Below the pieces are notes generated by a model that made no database searches, had not been told where the DNA came from, and was given only the letters and a program-made list of their open reading frames with translations. Source: an uncultured Enterobacteriaceae bacterium (GTDB lineage Bacteria > Pseudomonadota > Gammaproteobacteria > Eutrophobiales > Eutrophobiaceae). From it: 56,737 bases of DNA. This document shows positions 52,587 through 56,737 of this stretch, piece by piece; the first letter of the stretch is position 1; each line of letters starts with the position of its first letter. Position numbers and translations under genes: made by a program. Location of the stretch: NCBI GenBank assembly GCA_964402775.1, contig CAYOEQ010000001.1, forward strand, positions 1 through 56,737, read 5' to 3'.

Positions 52587-53956
52587 AGATCATCATTCTC
52601 GGGGCAGGTCAGGTCGGTTCGTCGGTAGCCGCCAACCTTTGCAGTGAAGCCAATGATATTACGGTAATCGATCGCAACCCGGCGGTCCTGCGCAATCTCC
52701 GGGAAAGGCTGGACCTGAAGACCATAAACGGCTCCGGGTCCCATCCGTCGGTGCTCGATCAGGCAGGAGCGCGGGACGCCGACATGATCATCGCGGTGAC
52801 CAACAGCGATGAAACCAACATGGTGGCCTGCCAGGTCGCCTACACGGTGTTTCACACGCCGATGAAAATCGCCCGCGTGCGCAACAACGAATACCTGAGC
52901 AGCGACCGGTTGTTTGCCCTGGAAGCCATGCCGGTTGACGTCCTGATCAGCCCTGAACAGGTCGTAACCGAATACATCGCCCGCCTGATCGGCTTTCCCG
53001 GCGCCCTCCAGGTGCTCGATTTCGCCTCCGGCCGGGTGCAGATGGTGGTGGTGAAAATGACCGATCAAAGCGTGATCGCCGGTAAAAGGATCAGTGAGCT
53101 GGCCGCGCACATGCCGAAAATCGAGTTTCGTATCGTTTCGATCTTCCGCGGCGGCCGGGCAATCATCCCGGACGGCGACACGGAAATCCTGGCCGATGAC
53201 GAAGTGTTCATCATCGGCGCTCCGAAGCATATCAGGAACCTGCTGAAATCGACCAAGCAGACGGACAAGCCGGTAAAGCGCATCATAATCGCCAGCGGCG
53301 GCAATATAGGCCGGCGCCTGGCGAAGCTGCTGGAGAACAGGTACCAGGTCAAGGTCATCGAACTGTCCGCAGAAAAAGCGCAGAAAGCCGCGGAAGAACT
53401 GAACAACGCCATCGTCCTCAACGGTGACGCCGCGGACGAGGAACTCCTCATCGAGGAAAACATAGACGACACTGACGTCTTCTGCGCCCTGACCAATGCC
53501 GACGAAGCCAACATCATCTCCTGCATGCTGGCGAAGCGACTGGGGGCGCACAAGGTCATGGCCCTGATCAACAGGGCGGCCTACGTGGACCTGGTGCAGA
53601 GCGACGTCATCGATATTGCAATCTCGCCGCAACAGGCGACCATCGGCAGCCTGCTGGCGCATATACGCAAGGGCGACGTGGTCGTGGTGCATTCACTGCG
53701 GCGCGGCGCCGCGGAAGCAATCGAGGCGGTTGCCCACGGCGACCGGACGACCTCCAACGTCGTCGGCAGGTCGATAGAGGAAATCCCCCTGCCGCCGGAT
53801 ACCAGCATCGGCGCCATCGTCCGGGACGACAAGGTGATTATCGCCCATCACGACACGGTCATCGCATCGGAGGACCACGTCATCCTGCTGGTGGGAGACA
53901 AGAAACGCGTGCCCGAGGTGGAAAGACTGTTCCAGGTGAAGATTACATTCCTATGA
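52583..53956 (+). CDS. trkA: Trk potassium uptake system, NAD-binding subunit
   Basis: Two Rossmann motifs, IILGAGQVGSSVA and IIIASGGNIGRRLA. 457 aa. The GTG start overlaps the upstream stop. Confidence 0.92.
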   Translation: MKIIILGAGQVGSSVAANLCSEANDITVIDRNPAVLRNLRERLDLKTINGSGSHPSVLDQAGARDADMIIAVTNSDETNMVACQVAYTVFHTPMKIARVRNNEYLSSDRLFALEAMPVDVLISPEQVVTEYIARLIGFPGALQVLDFASGRVQMVVVKMTDQSVIAGKRISELAAHMPKIEFRIVSIFRGGRAIIPDGDTEILADDEVFIIGAPKHIRNLLKSTKQTDKPVKRIIIASGGNIGRRLAKLLENRYQVKVIELSAEKAQKAAEELNNAIVLNGDAADEELLIEENIDDTDVFCALTNADEANIISCMLAKRLGAHKVMALINRAAYVDLVQSDVIDIAISPQQATIGSLLAHIRKGDVVVVHSLRRGAAEAIEAVAHGDRTTSNVVGRSIEEIPLPPDTSIGAIVRDDKVIIAHHDTVIASEDHVILLVGDKKRVPEVERLFQVKITFL

Positions 53957-53960
53957 GTTA

Positions 53961-55412
53961 ATGCAACTCCTCGTCATCCAGAAAATCCTCGGGCTGCTGC
54001 TGATGCTGTTCAGTATCACCATGCTGCCGCCATTAAGCATTGCGCTATGGTATGAAGACAAGACAGTCAAGACATTCATGCTGTGCTTCATGCTTATACT
54101 CAGTATCGGCGCTTTCCTGTGGCTGCCGGTGCGCAAGGTCAACAAGGAGCTGCGCCTGCGCGACGGTTTCATCGTCGTGGTATTGTTCTGGGCGGGGCTG
54201 GGACTGATCGGCGCCATGCCGTTCCTGCTGGCGTCTTTCCCCGATATGTCATTTACCGATTCATTGTTCGAATCCGTTTCCGGCCTGACCACCACCGGCG
54301 CCACGGTGATCACCGGCCTCGACCACCTGCCGAAATCCATCCTGTTCTACCGCCAGGAACTGCAATGGCTGGGCGGCATGGGGATCATCGTCCTGGCGGT
54401 TGCCATCCTGCCCATGCTGGGCATCGGTGGAATGCAGTTATACCGCGCGGAAACGCCGGGGCCGATAAAGGACTCGAAGCTGGCGCCCAGGATCACCGAG
54501 ACGGCCAAGGCGCTATGGTACATCTACCTGTCCCTGACCATCGCCTGCGCGTTCATGTACTGGATAGCCGGCATGTCGCCGTTCGACGCAATCAGCCACA
54601 GTTTCTCCACGGTCTCCATCGGCGGCTTCTCCACCCACGACCAGAGCATCGGCTACTTCGACAGCGGGTTGATCAACGCCGTGGCCGTGGTCTTCATGCT
54701 GATTGCCGGCATCAACTTCACCCTGCATTTCATCGGCTGGCGTTCCATGAGCCTGAATACTTACCGCAAGGACTCCGAGGTAAAAGCATTCGTCGGCGTA
54801 CTGGTCGGGTTGTGCGTGATCACCTGCATCTACCTGAGCGTCAAGCAAACCTATGATGATCCCCTGGACACACTCGGCCACGGTATCTTCCAGTCCGTAT
54901 CCATCGCCACGACGTCGGGCTTTACCACCACCACCTACCAGAACTGGCCCACGTTCCTGCCGGTCCTGCTGATCTTTGCCAGTTTCATCGGCGGCTGCGC
55001 CGGTTCCACGGGCGGCGGGCTGAAAGTCATCCGCGTGGTGCTCCTGTACAAGCAGGGCAAGAGGGAGATCAGGCGCCTGGTCCATCCCAATGCCATTATC
55101 CAGATCAAGCTGGGCGGCAAACCGGTCGATGAAGCCGTCATCAACGCGGTGTGGGGCTTCTTTGCCTCCTACGTGGCCGTGTTCGCGCTGTTGCTGATCC
55201 TGCTCATGGCTACCGGCCTGGACCAGGTCACGGCATTTTCCGCAGTGGCCGCCTGCCTCAACAACCTGGGCCCGGGTCTGGGCGAAGTCAGCGCCAATTA
55301 CACCGGGATCAACGACATATCCAAATGGCTGCTCTGCCTCGCCATGCTGCTGGGGCGACTGGAAATCTTCACCCTGCTGGTGTTGATGACGCCCACCTTC
55401 TGGCGCAGATAG
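53961..55412 (+). CDS. trkH: Trk potassium uptake system, membrane subunit
   Basis: 483 aa, multi-TM. TrkH selectivity-filter-like motifs TTTGATV, STVSIGGFST, TTSGFTT and GSTGGGLKVIR. Confidence 0.92.
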   Translation: MQLLVIQKILGLLLMLFSITMLPPLSIALWYEDKTVKTFMLCFMLILSIGAFLWLPVRKVNKELRLRDGFIVVVLFWAGLGLIGAMPFLLASFPDMSFTDSLFESVSGLTTTGATVITGLDHLPKSILFYRQELQWLGGMGIIVLAVAILPMLGIGGMQLYRAETPGPIKDSKLAPRITETAKALWYIYLSLTIACAFMYWIAGMSPFDAISHSFSTVSIGGFSTHDQSIGYFDSGLINAVAVVFMLIAGINFTLHFIGWRSMSLNTYRKDSEVKAFVGVLVGLCVITCIYLSVKQTYDDPLDTLGHGIFQSVSIATTSGFTTTTYQNWPTFLPVLLIFASFIGGCAGSTGGGLKVIRVVLLYKQGKREIRRLVHPNAIIQIKLGGKPVDEAVINAVWGFFASYVAVFALLLILLMATGLDQVTAFSAVAACLNNLGPGLGEVSANYTGINDISKWLLCLAMLLGRLEIFTLLVLMTPTFWRR

Positions 55413-55415
55413 TCC

Positions 55416-55455
55416 GGGGTCAGAGTAAGAAATTCGAAGACATTACTCTGACCCC
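55416..55455. repeat. REP-like element family 1, 41-nt subfamily
   Basis: GGGGTCAGAGTAAGAAATTCGAAGACATTACTCTGACCCC, 3 nt after the trkH stop. Confidence 0.9.
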
Positions 55456-55473
55456 ATATATCCCGGACATCCA

Positions 55474-56052
55474 ATGAACAAACCAGACCAGACAAAATGG
55501 GACAGGATTTATACAGGTAGCGGTGAAAAACCCGCCAAACCCTGTCGCGCACTCTCTTCCCATTCACATTTGCTGCCTGCTGAGGGAGATGCCCTCGACC
55601 TGGCCTGCGGGCGCGGCGGCAACGCGCTGTACCTTGCCGCCCGGGGTTTCTCCACCCGGGCCTGGGATGTTTCCGCGGTGGCGATACAGTCCCTGTCGGA
55701 CGTGGCCGGCCGCAACGGCCTGCCCCTGGTGGCGGAACAACGGGACGTAACGGCGGACCCGCCTGCTTCCGGTTCCTTCGATATCATCGTCGTCAGCCGT
55801 TTCCTGGACAGGACCCTGGCCCCGGCCATCTGTGCGGCGTTGAGAGAACACGGTCTACTGTTCTACCAGACTTTTATCCGGGAAAAAACAGGCGACACCG
55901 GTCCGAACAACCCGGCATACCGCCTTGAGGCCAATGAACTGCTGCGCCTGTTCCAATCCCTGCACATCATCTACTACCACGAGGAGGGAACCACGGGTAA
56001 TACCGGCCAGGGCTTCAGGAACGAGGCAATGCTGGTCGCGCAGAAAAGGTAG
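55474..56052 (+). CDS. class I SAM-dependent methyltransferase (TehB-like size)
   Basis: 192 aa. Motif I ALDLACGRGGNALYLA and motif II FDIIVVSRFL. Confidence 0.8.
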   Translation: MNKPDQTKWDRIYTGSGEKPAKPCRALSSHSHLLPAEGDALDLACGRGGNALYLAARGFSTRAWDVSAVAIQSLSDVAGRNGLPLVAEQRDVTADPPASGSFDIIVVSRFLDRTLAPAICAALREHGLLFYQTFIREKTGDTGPNNPAYRLEANELLRLFQSLHIIYYHEEGTTGNTGQGFRNEAMLVAQKR

Positions 56053-56078
56053 CGTAAGATACAAGTATTCCAGGCACC

Positions 56079-56411
56079 ATGGACATAACAACACTCGAGG
56101 CGATGCTGGAACGGGGCCAGGACAATGCGCTGCTGCGTTTCACCCTGGGCAACCTCCTGTATCAACAGAAAGACTATACAAAAGCCGAACTGCACCTGTC
56201 CCGGGCAGTGGAAATGGACCCTGGCTACTCCGCCGCCTGGAAAATATACGGCCGGACGCTGGCTGCTGCCGGGAAGCACCCCGATGCAGCCAGCGCCTTC
56301 AGACAGGGCACGGCAGTCGCTGAAAAACGCGGCGACATCCAAGCAGCAAAAGAGATGACGGTCTTTTTGAGACGCCTGGAAAAAAAATTGTCCGCAGATG
56401 ACGCAGATTAG
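56079..56411 (+). CDS. small tetratricopeptide-repeat protein
   Basis: 110 aa. TPR-like helices (LGNLLYQQKDYTKAELHLSRAVEMDPGYSAAWKIYGRTL). Confidence 0.6.
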   Translation: MDITTLEAMLERGQDNALLRFTLGNLLYQQKDYTKAELHLSRAVEMDPGYSAAWKIYGRTLAAAGKHPDAASAFRQGTAVAEKRGDIQAAKEMTVFLRRLEKKLSADDAD

Positions 56412-56432
56412 CGCAGATGAATTGCGGATAAT

Positions 56433-56737
56433 TCATACTTTCATCGCGCCTACCAGTTCCGTTACATTGTCAAGTCCGTGTCTGTCCAGGTATTGCACGA
56501 TGCCGGCGTTGATCTTTTTGCACACCAGCGGGTCGTAGAACAGGGCGGTGCCTATGCCGATGGCGCTGGCGCCGGCAAGGAAAAATTCCAGGGCATCAGT
56601 CGCCGTGGTGATTCCGCCCTGCCCTATTATCGGTATGTTCTTTTCCCTGCATACCTGGTACACCTGCCAGGTCTTCAGCAAAGCGATGGGCTTGATGGCC
56701 GGGCCGGACAGCCCGCCCTGGTTGGTCCCGATAACGG
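56433..56737 (-). CDS. class-1 dihydroorotate dehydrogenase-like flavoprotein, C-terminal part (partial, continues beyond the window)
   Basis: The frame is open to the window edge. Motifs GGLSGPAIKPIALL and IPIIGQGGITTATDALEFFLAGASAIGIGTALFYDP are typical of PyrD class 1 / PreA-type enzymes. Confidence 0.75.
   Translation of the reverse strand, partial: VIGTNQGGLSGPAIKPIALLKTWQVYQVCREKNIPIIGQGGITTATDALEFFLAGASAIGIGTALFYDPLVCKKINAGIVQYLDRHGLDNVTELVGAMKV

Noticed and set aside
51186-53692. Two very long minus-strand ORFs (51186..52541, 451 aa; 52544..53692, 382 aa)
   Set aside because: They lie antisense to the response regulator and trkA. Their composition is dominated by R/G/P/H/Q runs with no domain pattern, so I treat them as artefacts.
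121-55455. Whether the recurring GGGGTCAGAG... sequences could be a CRISPR array
   Set aside because: The copies are kilobases apart and individually palindromic. They occur in both orientations, sit between ordinary genes, and no cas genes are present. REP/MITE-like repeats fit better.

Overview
This is a 56.7-kb chromosomal segment, probably gammaproteobacterial judging from gene order and protein families; that assignment is an inference. I recognised no rRNA, tRNA, CRISPR array, transposase or integrase. About 46 protein-coding genes are supported. A housekeeping backbone runs through the window: cysC; tsaC-purE-topA-dprA divergent from def-fmt-rsmB; DUF4390-sensor kinase-response regulator-trkA-trkH; then a SAM methyltransferase, a TPR protein and a class-1 DHODH-like fragment. 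Two accessory blocks are interleaved with it. Block 1 (about 839-26262) holds three TonB-dependent receptors, two of them paralogs with a homogenised 5' region. It also holds five NTF2/SnoaL-fold domains, including a secreted SnoaL protein between the two paralogous receptors and a (SnoaL)2-DUF3604 fusion. Further genes are a thiolase-fold protein lacking the nucleophilic Cys paired with DUF35, and an 8-gene AraC-led operon (M14-like DUF2817, PLP dehydratase-like, acyl-CoA ligase, NTF2, GMC oxidoreductase, MlrC/M81 peptidase, GPH transporter). Block 1 ends with a Tat-exported BBE-type flavoprotein and a Tat-exported nucleoside hydrolase. Block 2 (34165-48468) sits between rsmB and the DUF4390/two-component/trkAH genes and looks like an integrase-less islet. 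It encodes an IclR regulator, two MFS transporters, a Rieske oxygenase, a class-III aminotransferase, an acyl-CoA ligase, a Tat-exported SpdH-like flavoprotein, a fourth TonB receptor and a CrtI-like oxidoreductase. It ends in a MazF/RHH toxin-antitoxin pair whose stop codon overlaps the start of the core DUF4390 gene. Intergenic space is saturated with a REP-like palindromic repeat family (GGGGTCAGAGTAA...TTACTCTGACCCC, at least 12 copies) plus two smaller hairpin families, almost always placed just 3' of stop codons. My best candidate for an undescribed system is the TonB receptor / exported NTF2-fold / DUF3604 module. All functional assignments come from motif recognition by eye; no database search was run.
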